Positions 1-8,943 of a DNA stretch of 37,887 nt are shown piece by piece. Both the position numbers and the translations under genes were made by a program. Below the pieces are notes generated by a model, which was given only the letters and a program-made list of their open reading frames with translations, searched no databases and was not told the DNA's origin. The stretch comes from a virus (taxonomy: Duplodnaviria > Caudoviricetes): the IMG/VR virus record IMGVR_UViG_3300048598_000596, positions 1 to 37,887 of that record; one strand, 5' to 3'. Position 1 is the first letter of the stretch. Each line of letters begins with the position of its first letter.

Positions 1-369
1 TTATTGATTGTCAGACTTATACATTTCAAATAGTTTTTCGAGATCGCCACACGAAATGTTTAACTGCAACATCGATTTAAAAACATCGGGCAACTCTTTG
101 TGAATAAAATCGTTACGGCGCATATCAAGGGCTTTTACCTGTCCGCCTTCGGCCACAAAATATCCCACACCGCGCTTGTTGTAAATAATTTCGCGCTCCT
201 GCAAATAAGTGAACGAACGCATGGCTGTATTTGGATTAACTTCCAGTAGCACAGCTATTTCGCGTACCGACGGTATTTTGTCGTTTTCCTTCCACTCGCC
301 GCTTATAATGTTGTTACAGAAATAATCGGATATTTGCAAGTAAATAGGTTGTTTATCAGTAAATTCCAT
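1..369 (-). CDS. GntR family (YtrA-like) transcriptional regulator
   Basis: PIYLQI...IPSVREIAVLLEVNPNTAMRSF...RGVGYFV winged-helix signature; short 122 aa; last gene of an ABC operon. Confidence 0.93.
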   Translation of the reverse strand: MEFTDKQPIYLQISDYFCNNIISGEWKENDKIPSVREIAVLLEVNPNTAMRSFTYLQEREIIYNKRGVGYFVAEGGQVKALDMRRNDFIHKELPDVFKSMLQLNISCGDLEKLFEMYKSDNQ

Positions 370-370
370 A

Positions 371-1138
371 TCAAACCTGCCTTTCTTTTAAACTGAAATA
401 AGATACTACCAGAAAAAACGGAGCGGTGAATCCCCAAAAAAGAACTTTAGCAATGGTTGGCATGTAATCTGAAAATAGGGCAACAGCATCCAAACTAAGG
501 TTGTTGGGTCCCACATTCAATTGCGTAGTATCCAATCCGTTGAAAACAATTTTCATCAGCAAGCCAACGTACAGAGCCAGTACAAAACCGGCCAGAATAA
601 GCGTACCTAAGGTCTTGAAAAAGTTGTTCTTACGAAAAGAAATAGCGCCTAATAAAAACATAGGTTGAATAACCATGTAAATGGCATACATGTGTAATAA
701 TTTGGTATTGAATAAATTAAACAATTGTACCGAATGCCCAAAAAACAAAGCGCCAATAATAATAAGTATCACATTGACAATGAATATACTAACAATTGCA
801 GCCGCTAAATACATCACCGACGAAGTGAACCAAGCAACAGCAAGTTTTTCGGTAATCGTAGCCGGAAGTGTCAGAAACATAAAGCTTTGCTGAGGCTTAT
901 TGAGCTCTACAAAAATATTGCTGGTAAAAATTATCCCGCCAAGCATAACCACAGGCAAAAGCTGGGCAAAAAAAGTTTGCGAATTTAGCGATAATGGGTT
1001 ATTATACAATATGATAGCATTTAAGAATACAAAAATTCCGATAAAACACCCGGCCGCAATGGCCAATCCGCGAAAATTAATAAGTATCTGACGATTAAGC
1101 AGATATCCAAAACGAGTAGGATTGAATATTTTGTTCAT
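371..1138 (-). CDS. ABC-2 type membrane protein (permease-like)
   Basis: About 6 hydrophobic segments, FLTLPATITEK motif; start moved to ATG at 1138 (MNKIFNP) to avoid overlap with the ATPase. Confidence 0.8.
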   Translation of the reverse strand: MNKIFNPTRFGYLLNRQILINFRGLAIAAGCFIGIFVFLNAIILYNNPLSLNSQTFFAQLLPVVMLGGIIFTSNIFVELNKPQQSFMFLTLPATITEKLAVAWFTSSVMYLAAAIVSIFIVNVILIIIGALFFGHSVQLFNLFNTKLLHMYAIYMVIQPMFLLGAISFRKNNFFKTLGTLILAGFVLALYVGLLMKIVFNGLDTTQLNVGPNNLSLDAVALFSDYMPTIAKVLFWGFTAPFFLVVSYFSLKERQV

Positions 1139-1142
1139 AATT

Positions 1143-1976
1143 TTAAGCATTAAAGATTTGGTTAATAGCCTGATTGTTAGAGATAACGCCATTAAACAGC
1201 AATTCGAGGTCAATTTCGGTTTCGTTGCCATTGGCCGCTTTGCGTATTACCGCTTTTCCCCCCATAACATCCTCAGCATAAACAAAATCGGCAGTATCGG
1301 TTTTCAACGCCGTACCAAAAGCCAGCTTACTGCTGATCTCAAAAGTACTTTGATAAAAAATAACCTTGCCATTGTCGAGAATAATTACATGGTCGATTAA
1401 GCTGGCCAAATCGCGTACCTGGTGGGTCGAAATCAAAATGCAGCGCTCCTCGTCCATAGATGAGGCTATCACCTTGCGAAACTGGCTTTTAGAGGGAATA
1501 TCGAGGCCGTTGGTAGGTTCGTCGAGCACCAAAATTTGCGTACGCGTGGCCAAACCAAAAGCAATGAGGAATTTCTTTTTTTGCCCAAACGACAAACGGT
1601 TGAGTTTGGAAGATGCATCTACCTGAAATTCAGATAAATAGTTTTCGAAAAGGGTAAAATCGAATTTTGGGTAAAACGGAGCATGAATTTTGGCAAACAC
1701 CAAACCGCTAAGAGCCGGTAATTCAAACTCTTCGGGGATAAGATACATTTCGCTCAACATTTCGGGCGAGCGTTCGGCCGACACCCTACCTCCTATTTTG
1801 CACAAACCCTGCTGCGGAAACAATAAACCGGTAATGTTTTTTAACAGCGTGGTTTTGCCGGCACCATTTTTACCCAACAAACCGTAAATGTTCCCCAACG
1901 GAAGGTTCAGGTTTAATTGGTCGAAAAGAACCCTGTTCTTTTTGTAACCAAAAGTTAAATTTTGAATCTCTATCAT
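1143..1976 (-). CDS. ABC transporter ATP-binding protein (YtrB-like)
   Basis: Walker A GKNGAGKTT, signature LSFGQ, Walker B LVLDEPT, H-loop ISTH; start at ATG 1976 (MIEIQNL). Confidence 0.95.
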   Translation of the reverse strand: MIEIQNLTFGYKKNRVLFDQLNLNLPLGNIYGLLGKNGAGKTTLLKNITGLLFPQQGLCKIGGRVSAERSPEMLSEMYLIPEEFELPALSGLVFAKIHAPFYPKFDFTLFENYLSEFQVDASSKLNRLSFGQKKKFLIAFGLATRTQILVLDEPTNGLDIPSKSQFRKVIASSMDEERCILISTHQVRDLASLIDHVIILDNGKVIFYQSTFEISSKLAFGTALKTDTADFVYAEDVMGGKAVIRKAANGNETEIDLELLFNGVISNNQAINQIFNA

Positions 1977-1990
1977 AGTTTTATTTATTA

Positions 1991-2022
1991 GTTTACTACA
2001 CAACTAGTACACCACAAACGTA
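1991..2022 (-). promoter_or_regulatory. Host promoter (-7 element TACGTTTG) followed by YtrA-type operator palindrome
   Basis: Minus strand TACGTTTG (2022-2015) matches Bacteroidota TAnnTTTG; imperfect palindrome GTGTACTA-N6-TAGTAAAC (2012-1991) resembles YtrA operators. Confidence 0.7.
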
Positions 2023-2162
2023 TGATATTTTTCAACTATAAAAAAATTATTGAACAATTATTTTTAGTGATGCAATGAAATTATCTTAAAATACTGATTA
2101 TAATGTGATTACAAAATAATTGCAAAACACTATCATCAATCTCATTTTACATTATAATCGCC

Positions 2163-2195
2163 AAAACGATTTGCGCACAAATCTAAAACGAATTG
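2163..2195. repeat. Two direct repeats AAAACGA(T/A)TTG, 22 bp apart; putative transposase-binding sites of the prophage end
   Basis: AAAACGATTTG 2163-2173 and AAAACGAATTG 2185-2195, between the host promoter and the last phage gene. Confidence 0.55.
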
Positions 2196-2219
2196 TACAA
2201 AAAAAATACACACACAAAG

Positions 2220-2245
2220 CAAAGGAGACAATTAAGTCTCCTTTG
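2220..2245 (-). terminator. Hairpin downstream of the methyltransferase (probable terminator)
   Basis: CAAAGGAGAC-AATTAA-GTCTCCTTTG perfect 10-bp stem. Confidence 0.6.
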
Positions 2246-2271
2246 TCGTTTAATCACTATTTAATTGCTAT

Positions 2272-3111
2272 TTAACTAACGCTTGTAACATATCGTTTAT
2301 GCAGCATAATGTCTGTATAAGTAGCCGCATAAGTAACATTAGTGCGCGCCTCGGTCTTAACTGCGTTTTTAAAAGGGTTCTCGGCTGCAAGGTTGATCTC
2401 AATCCAGTCGCACAGTTCTATTATGTTCGATTTATTGGACGTAAAATAAAAGTAAGAAGTGTCTTTTAATACCTTTAAAACATCCAAGTAATCGGCCAAC
2501 CTCCAATAATTTTTATAGGTGCTATTGTCGGTACTCAGATAGGGCGGATCAACAAAGAATACAACATCTTTATTGCCTTTGAATTTTTCAAATAAAGCCT
2601 TATAATCGTATTTTACGACCTCCAAGCCCTCTAAGTATCCTGTTGCATCGTAATCCGCTTTTTTGACGCAGTTATACATGGTTTGCTTGGAAAACTCCTC
2701 TAATGTCGTTGCGTAGTTCATCGAGAAAAGTAATGACGATGACAACGTGATATAATCAACAAACCCTGTTTTTTCTTGCTCGGTTAAGTAGTTAATTACA
2801 CGTTGCTTCATTTCATTACTTAGCTTTTTATCAACCGGGCAACCGGCTAACATTGCGCGCAAATCCGCCATCATGCGGTTTGTTTGTTGTACATGTTCAA
2901 GCCTTACATGATAGTCATCGTAATCGTTGTAAATAACACGAGCATCTGGGCGCTGATGCTTTGCTATGTGCGATAAGAAACCCGATCCGCCAAACAAATC
3001 GACAAAAATTGAGGCGTCATTATATTCATTCAATGCTTTTTTAAATTGATTCAAAAACCGGCGTTTTTGCCCCATAAACGGCAATGGCGCGGTTGTATAA
3101 ATTTTATTCAT
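2272..3111 (-). CDS. DNA adenine methyltransferase (D12/Dam-like class)
   Basis: APLPFMGQK, FVDLFGGSG (SAM motif I), NDYD, catalytic DPPY; start at ATG 3111. Confidence 0.9.
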   Translation of the reverse strand: MNKIYTTAPLPFMGQKRRFLNQFKKALNEYNDASIFVDLFGGSGFLSHIAKHQRPDARVIYNDYDDYHVRLEHVQQTNRMMADLRAMLAGCPVDKKLSNEMKQRVINYLTEQEKTGFVDYITLSSSLLFSMNYATTLEEFSKQTMYNCVKKADYDATGYLEGLEVVKYDYKALFEKFKGNKDVVFFVDPPYLSTDNSTYKNYWRLADYLDVLKVLKDTSYFYFTSNKSNIIELCDWIEINLAAENPFKNAVKTEARTNVTYAATYTDIMLHKRYVTSVS

Positions 3112-3129
3112 ATCAAAAATTAAATTTCT

Positions 3130-3275
3130 TACTTTTGTCATCTCTCAACAAAAAAAGGTGCGAACACACCAAAACAAAGGCATTTGGCCTTCGTCGTGGT
3201 GTGTTCGCACCTTAAATTTTACAGGAGGTTGAGAGCTTCTGTAATTAAGTCGGAGGCCTTTTTTACCTCCTTTTA
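3130..3275 (+). ncRNA. Putative structured RNA antisense to the methyltransferase leader (long hairpin plus pseudoknot)
   Basis: TACTTTTG -7 element at 3130-3137; 17-bp perfect stem 3155-3171/3197-3213; stem 3219-3227/3236-3244 whose loop GTTGAGAG is complementary to 3142-3149; GGAGG/CCTCC hairpin plus T-run at 3252-3274. Confidence 0.55.
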
Positions 3276-3277
3276 TT

Positions 3278-4309
3278 TTATCCTATTCGAAAACAGATAG
3301 GAAAATCGCGCAAGTACGAGCAACCTAAGGTTGAAAAAGCGAATCCAGCCACGCAGGCGGCGATGTCGTTGTAGGTTGCGCAAGTCCAGTAACTGCCTTC
3401 TGCCCCTAACGAGTTAAACTTAATCTGGTTCTTTTCGATTCTAAAAATAGGATACGAATTGTATAGTTCATTTTCCCTCGAGTCAGACAAGTCAAATGTC
3501 CCTTTTATCTCACATTCAGTCGGCAGCCACAATTTGCCCATTTCAGCGTAATTCTGCTGAGTGGGACGCTGTAAAAGCTGTGTCGCAGAGTATTTAAAGC
3601 CAAGGGCTTGTTTTTTATTAACAATGACATTTTGCAACTCAGATGGTAGCAGCTGTAAGACACCGCCCGCCGAGGCATCAGCACCATGAGGAACATTGCC
3701 GAACGCGCTAGTTGTGTAGTTATTAACGCCGTTCAAAACAGCGTATATGGCGCTGGCCAGCCACGAGCATGGTTGTAAACTTGTTCCGTTATTATTATTG
3801 GCCGGATTCCACGCCACGCGTGTATCACAAAGTTCTTCAGTAATAAAGTCGATATGATGATCTGAAGAGGTGGGCATGATATAACCCTTATGTATATACA
3901 TGTCAATACCGGCGATTACAGCCTTAAATGTTTGCTGATTAATTGTATAACCGGCCACAGTCCCGGCACTTAGGGTAAACGGAATATAATCACCAATGTT
4001 AAGCCCGGTAAAATTACCGGTCTTAATACGCGCCGACATCCACGCCCACGGGCTAGAATATTGCGCTATTTCGGTAGCGAACTGAACCTCAAGGTTTACA
4101 CCCTCGTAAGTGCCGTTGCTCAATGAACTAACTAAATTCCGTATAGCGGAATTTTCAGCGCCTTGCTTGGCTAGTAAGGTATAAAGTTCCTCCTTTGTGC
4201 CTGTATAACCTCCCGATTTAGCAATGTCATAAACCGATTTTTCAAACTTCATACTGGCCGAAATAGCCCCGCCTGAAGTTTTGGTTATTATGTTTACTCT
4301 TGTAGCCAT
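3278..4309 (-). CDS. Tail fibre / receptor-binding-like protein with C-terminal DUF6273-like (CLec-type) domain
   Basis: SVYDIAKSGGYTGTKEE fibre motif; GKLWLPTECEI, YPIF, YWTC and terminal PICFRI typical of this domain; end of tail operon. Confidence 0.6.
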   Translation of the reverse strand: MATRVNIITKTSGGAISASMKFEKSVYDIAKSGGYTGTKEELYTLLAKQGAENSAIRNLVSSLSNGTYEGVNLEVQFATEIAQYSSPWAWMSARIKTGNFTGLNIGDYIPFTLSAGTVAGYTINQQTFKAVIAGIDMYIHKGYIMPTSSDHHIDFITEELCDTRVAWNPANNNNGTSLQPCSWLASAIYAVLNGVNNYTTSAFGNVPHGADASAGGVLQLLPSELQNVIVNKKQALGFKYSATQLLQRPTQQNYAEMGKLWLPTECEIKGTFDLSDSRENELYNSYPIFRIEKNQIKFNSLGAEGSYWTCATYNDIAACVAGFAFSTLGCSYLRDFPICFRIG

Positions 4310-4659
4310 TATCTTATCACTTTCGCAAACGTTTCTGTTCCGGTTGGTACAACCTGCACGCCTTCAAGCATTCCTTCTTTGGCTATGCGTTTAAAAACGC
4401 GGAGCTTAAGTAAGCCCAGCGTTTTATTGTGCGCGCGGTCAAAGGTATAAGTTACCCTATTCGACTGCTCAGGATCGACTTTTAACGTGTTATCCGACTT
4501 TTTAAAGCTCTGTAAAACATTGTTATAGACATCTACAATGCGTATTTCAACATCAGCCAAATCATTTACCGACTCGGCATTACCTAAGTCGTCGGTAAAA
4601 ACGCTTTCGAGCTCGTAATCGCCGCCAACATAAAAGGTTTCTATTACTTTATTTTCCAT
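4309..4659 (-). CDS. Hypothetical phage protein (possible beta-sandwich fibre/baseplate adaptor)
   Basis: 116 aa, translationally coupled to the downstream gene, beta-rich. Confidence 0.5.
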   Translation of the reverse strand: MENKVIETFYVGGDYELESVFTDDLGNAESVNDLADVEIRIVDVYNNVLQSFKKSDNTLKVDPEQSNRVTYTFDRAHNKTLGLLKLRVFKRIAKEGMLEGVQVVPTGTETFAKVIR

Positions 4660-4685
4660 CGCTTTAGTTTTTTTCGAAAAACAAA

Positions 4686-4967
4686 CTACTGTTTTGGGGT
4701 TGTGTCTGTTTTTCTTGTGTTGAGCGCCGTTAACACACCGTTTATCTTTTCGAAAATAATGGCCACGGTTGACCAGTTTTTTACGGTAGGAATACGAAGC
4801 GCAATGGCCTCATAAACCATGTACACAAGGCCAACCCAAAACACAAGCCCATCCAAAATAGAGGAAGAGGCGCCGGTAGTAGCAACTGCGCTGCTGTCAA
4901 CAGATTGTGCTGTGACTACTGCGCCCGAAAGAAGTAAAAGACCAAAGAATAAGCATTTCTTTTTCAT
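4686..4967 (-). CDS. Small membrane protein with signal-peptide-like N-terminus (holin-like?)
   Basis: MKKKCLFFGLLLLSGAVVTA signal-like segment, then a TM helix ILDGLVFWVGLVYMVY. Confidence 0.55.
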   Translation of the reverse strand: MKKKCLFFGLLLLSGAVVTAQSVDSSAVATTGASSSILDGLVFWVGLVYMVYEAIALRIPTVKNWSTVAIIFEKINGVLTALNTRKTDTTPKQ

Positions 4968-4989
4968 AACTATTATATTAATAAATAAC

Positions 4990-6198
4990 TTACCAAGTTG
5001 TTAATGCAGTTCGCACCCATGTATTGGTTGCGGTACAAACATATATGTATGTTGAGGTTATGCGTACTTCACCAACCACGCCGGCATCTGTTGCCGAAGT
5101 GGGGGCAGTGTTTAATGTCGATAATTTAAATTGTGTGGATGTCACAGAGCCATCGGTTGCAAGCTTATATTTTAACACACTATTGTTGTAAAGACGCTGT
5201 TGACCAAAAGCATCAAAATCTGTATAGTAAGAATTTTTGCCCAAAATAGCAGTTCTTACAGAAGATGTTATAGATACTGAATCAAGAGCAAAAGCCTTAT
5301 AACCAATACCATCTGTATTTAAAACCCCTATATTACTAGCTACGCTTCTTCCGCCATAAATATTTAGACCATAAGAGTCCACATTAGTAGCAAAAATGTT
5401 TAAACCGTGTCCTGCACCCGATACAATTGCTGAAAAGCAAGTACCGTCAGTTACATCTGTTCTTATAGCCGTAGCATACCCACTCGCTTGGCTCCAAATA
5501 CCATAATTTGTTGAATTTTTAGTACCCAAACAAGCGTATCCACCATCGTTATTTATAAATGAACCATAAGCCGCCGTTCCTATTCCCGACACAACAATAG
5601 CTGTATCAGTACCGGAACTATAATTTCTTAGTTTTGAAGGCACGCCACCTCCAGCGGCGGATGACACTTTATTATCAACATAAGCCTTATCCACTAGCGA
5701 TCGGTTAGTATATGTAGCACTATAATCGCCTCCATATATCAATCCGTTTCCACTATTGAGGATGGTATTATTCATTGTGATAGACTGACTCCCGGCTTGA
5801 ACTCGAAAAACTTCATTATTAATACCTGAGCCTGAACTAAAGAAGGTATTATAAGACTGAGAATCACCTATTGATAGTTGACCTGCATTACCAATCGTGA
5901 TGTAGCGTTGTTCATCATTAAGGCTTCCTCCAAACGATATTGTAGAGTCATTGTCTTGGGTTAAGCCGGAACCTGCATGAATTTTACTATTTGGAGTTTC
6001 TACACCACCGGGCAATGCTGGCCAAAACGCCCATTTTTTATTTGTGACTAAACGTACGCTATCACCGTCAAACTGAGCATAAAGGGTGTCACCCTTATAG
6101 GTCATTAGTATCTTTTTGTAAGGTAGTTTGCCTACCGACTGCCCAAAAGAGTGAACAATAGGTAAAACCAAGAGTATAAGTAAAATAAGCTTTTTCAT
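4990..6198 (-). CDS. Tail-fibre-like protein with N-terminal signal peptide
   Basis: Gly/Ser/Thr-rich beta repeats, SLVDKAYVD fibre motif, C-terminal TAPTSATDAGVVGEVR..YIYVCTATNTWVR motif; start at ATG 6198 (MKKLILL). Confidence 0.6.
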   Translation of the reverse strand: MKKLILLILLVLPIVHSFGQSVGKLPYKKILMTYKGDTLYAQFDGDSVRLVTNKKWAFWPALPGGVETPNSKIHAGSGLTQDNDSTISFGGSLNDEQRYITIGNAGQLSIGDSQSYNTFFSSGSGINNEVFRVQAGSQSITMNNTILNSGNGLIYGGDYSATYTNRSLVDKAYVDNKVSSAAGGGVPSKLRNYSSGTDTAIVVSGIGTAAYGSFINNDGGYACLGTKNSTNYGIWSQASGYATAIRTDVTDGTCFSAIVSGAGHGLNIFATNVDSYGLNIYGGRSVASNIGVLNTDGIGYKAFALDSVSITSSVRTAILGKNSYYTDFDAFGQQRLYNNSVLKYKLATDGSVTSTQFKLSTLNTAPTSATDAGVVGEVRITSTYIYVCTATNTWVRTALTTW

Positions 6199-6209
6199 AA
6201 AACAAATAT

Positions 6210-6647
6210 TTAAATCCAAAAATCAAGAAGTAAAGTCCATTCACCCTCAATAGGGTTGTTGAAAGCTAGGGTTATGTCGTCTTCATCAACAATACAGAAA
6301 AGACCGGCGGTTATTTGCTCAACGCCTTCATTGTCATACAATTTTGCCGAAACATTCTTAGTTTTTTTGCCATGATTGTAGGCGTATTGATACACAGCAT
6401 CTAAATTGCTAAGTGTAATAGGTTTACTTTCGCGAACAAGCTTGCCGGCTACGGCATCCGCTGTTGCCTTAGCCTTAGCTGCTGCCGATTCAATATTATC
6501 TAAAGCCTCCGATAAGGTTTCAATGCTCGCAATCGGAATACTATCATTTACATGCCAATAGCTGTCCAACCACGCCCAAAACTGTGCCTGCGTAGGTTTC
6601 AGCTTTGTTCTGAAATATGTCTTTAAAATTTCGCGCGTTGTAGCCAT
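6210..6647 (-). CDS. Phage tail-associated protein
   Basis: LKTYFRTKLKPTQAQFWAWLDSYWH N-terminal motif common in Bacteroidota tail-fibre regions; operon position. Confidence 0.6.
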   Translation of the reverse strand: MATTREILKTYFRTKLKPTQAQFWAWLDSYWHVNDSIPIASIETLSEALDNIESAAAKAKATADAVAGKLVRESKPITLSNLDAVYQYAYNHGKKTKNVSAKLYDNEGVEQITAGLFCIVDEDDITLAFNNPIEGEWTLLLDFWI

Positions 6648-6648
6648 T

Positions 6649-7353
6649 TTAGTCGAGATTTATTGTTCCGTTAATGTATAAATCGACCTCCATACCGCCC
6701 GTTAAGGCCGTCTCAAGCTCGAATGTGAGAGGCGATAATGATACCAGTTTAAGCACATCCCAAGCGCCCCCTTGAGCGGGTGCTGTATAATACACAGGTA
6801 TGTAAATTGCAGGCGCTGTATAAATATCCAGCCCGCTAAACCCTGTAAATATGAACCGCTGTCCTGCACTACCTGTTCCGTGTGTCGAAAAAGCTATGTT
6901 CAAGCTAAGATGGTTCATTGATAAATGAACAGTCCCGTACTTTAAAGAGCCGGCAACCGTTCCATCTATCATGTAGACGGACATGCGTCTACTCTCTAGT
7001 CTGTTCTTTTTAAGCAAAGCCCAGTTTCTGATGCCAAGCGAGAATGTGGACGTGAAAACAGCCTTGTAAGTTTTTTGAATCCTCGAAGCCGTATCAACCG
7101 TAACGGTTACTGTTGATTCAACCACCTTCACGTACGTCATTTCTGCGCCACCCTCAAAAGGCATCACTTTGCCGCCGATTATCACATATCCAGGAGCCGC
7201 AACCCCGGCGGTAACCGTACAACCCGAAATGATAGCCGCTTCAGACGAAATAAGGCCGAGCTTTTCTACCTGTTCTGTTGCATTTTGCATAAACAGCAGC
7301 GCATCGGTGGTGAGCGCAAAATTATTAACACCGTCTAATGTAAGTTTGTCCAT
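6649..7353 (-). CDS. Phage tail fibre attachment/baseplate-distal protein
   Basis: IISGCTV...APGYVIIGG.VMPFEGG motif; follows baseplate genes. Confidence 0.6.
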   Translation of the reverse strand: MDKLTLDGVNNFALTTDALLFMQNATEQVEKLGLISSEAAIISGCTVTAGVAAPGYVIIGGKVMPFEGGAEMTYVKVVESTVTVTVDTASRIQKTYKAVFTSTFSLGIRNWALLKKNRLESRRMSVYMIDGTVAGSLKYGTVHLSMNHLSLNIAFSTHGTGSAGQRFIFTGFSGLDIYTAPAIYIPVYYTAPAQGGAWDVLKLVSLSPLTFELETALTGGMEVDLYINGTINLD

Positions 7354-7354
7354 T

Positions 7355-7834
7355 TTAAGCAGTTATTACTTTGTATCGTTTACCTGCCAGCTTGTAAAAG
7401 TTGACAAGCGCTTTTAATCTGTACATGTCGCTTTCGGTAATTGTAAAAGGCACAGTTACAATAAAATCGAACTCGCTACCGGCATAGGCCGAATCGTTGC
7501 TAATTACCACAGCAGGTTTCACCGAATCGGGCTGTAAAACAACAGGTTCGTTGTAAGTATCGGGCTTAAGTATGATTATACTAGCCTGCCCGCTGTCCGA
7601 AACGGTAATGCGGCGTTGGTCAACATCAAAAGTATCATTCAACACCGCCTTAACCGACCACACTTGCGAAGTATGAGCCAGTTTGTACTTAACATCCGTA
7701 TCGTAATTATATAAGGTGTTATACAACAAAACAATAGGCGAACACAACGTATATAAGAAGTTGAACAAATAGGTCTGACGTAAGAATGTCGGCAAATAGT
7801 TCAACACAAACGACTTCCAATTAATCGACATCAT
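7355..7834 (-). CDS. Baseplate wedge protein (gpI-like)
   Basis: LPTFLR, DFIVTVP, LVNFYKLAGKRY motifs; follows J-like gene. Confidence 0.65.
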   Translation of the reverse strand: MMSINWKSFVLNYLPTFLRQTYLFNFLYTLCSPIVLLYNTLYNYDTDVKYKLAHTSQVWSVKAVLNDTFDVDQRRITVSDSGQASIIILKPDTYNEPVVLQPDSVKPAVVISNDSAYAGSEFDFIVTVPFTITESDMYRLKALVNFYKLAGKRYKVITA

Positions 7835-8660
7835 AAGCCCTATATTTAAGTGTTAATGTTGAGACAGTTAAATAACCGAAGTACGGTATTGTTTTACCGT
7901 CTACGTCTGCAAAGTCATTCTCGCCGTAACGGGTTTGGCACGATAGAATAACAGGCACTTTAATGCCGTTAACCACCTGCAAAGAGTCGACCAGCGAGGT
8001 TGGTACAAACACGCCGTTAAAGGGCAGGCTTTTGATGAACGAGCTAATAGCCTCGCGCGCAGGCTCTATGCTGTTATCAGTAAGTAGTTTACCTTCACTA
8101 TCGAGCACCAGCGGGTCGTACCAAATGTCCATAATCAAAACAAGGTCGTCTCCTGGTCCGGTGACAATGTTTAGCCGAACCCCACAATCCTTAATCAAAC
8201 CCATGTATATCTTAAATAGCGCTAATTGCGTATCGCTCAACGCGCCCAAGCCTTCGCCGGCGGTCACCGCTGTTTTAAGTGTTACAACGCCCGCGTTTTC
8301 CGAGACCGCCGCATTAGTAACTATTTGCGCAGCAGTATCTATTGTATCGTAACTGCCTGTATTTTCATTTAATTCATATCCGTATTGAAACGCTTTAGCC
8401 TGATTAACATACCATTGTTTGTTGTGAGTTAAGCGTTTGTCTAAGGCCGCATCCACATCACTTTTGAGCGTATCAAAAAGCAATTCAACTACATGAATAG
8501 CCGAGGCAATGATGTAAAAGAATATGCTTTCGACGCTTAATTTCGAAAAGTTATCGTCAAACGAATCGCCCGGCGTAAAGCCATAGATGCCCGCCAATGT
8601 TTCGTTTGCCATAAATTCCGTGGCTATTGCTGTTTTTATGGTTGCTGTTGTTCGTGCCAT
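7821..8660 (-). CDS. Baseplate J-like protein
   Basis: WY..AKAFQYG, IKDCGVR, LPFNG..LVDSLQ motifs; position in baseplate module. Confidence 0.7.
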   Translation of the reverse strand: MARTTATIKTAIATEFMANETLAGIYGFTPGDSFDDNFSKLSVESIFFYIIASAIHVVELLFDTLKSDVDAALDKRLTHNKQWYVNQAKAFQYGYELNENTGSYDTIDTAAQIVTNAAVSENAGVVTLKTAVTAGEGLGALSDTQLALFKIYMGLIKDCGVRLNIVTGPGDDLVLIMDIWYDPLVLDSEGKLLTDNSIEPAREAISSFIKSLPFNGVFVPTSLVDSLQVVNGIKVPVILSCQTRYGENDFADVDGKTIPYFGYLTVSTLTLKYRAYDVD

Positions 8661-8661
8661 G

Positions 8662-8943
8662 TTATTGTACTATAAAGTCTACGTCTATACCCCAGTAATC
8701 AATACCTTCAAAAATTAAATCGGCGGCGGTTACGGCTGTGGCGGGTTTTATCTCATTTGTATCAAAATAGCTAACCGTTTTTTTATCCGTTACAGCCGGC
8801 AGGTTAAGTAATTGACCGGGAACTAATTCGTCAGTAATAGACAAACCGTTGGCGATAGCTAAATCGTACACAGACTCGGCCGTACCGCAATGTTGTATCG
8901 CAATATCCAGCAAACTTTGTCCTTGTTTTACTTTAACTGTCAT
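8662..8943 (-). CDS. LysM-domain baseplate protein
   Basis: VKQGQSLLDIAIQHCG...LAIANGL...LVPGQLL LysM pattern. Confidence 0.8.
   Translation of the reverse strand: MTVKVKQGQSLLDIAIQHCGTAESVYDLAIANGLSITDELVPGQLLNLPAVTDKKTVSYFDTNEIKPATAVTAADLIFEGIDYWGIDVDFIVQ

Noticed and set aside
3278-7353. Mu G-type invertible tail fibre segment or complete DGR
   Set aside because: No invertase, flanking inverted repeats, reverse transcriptase or template repeat seen in the window
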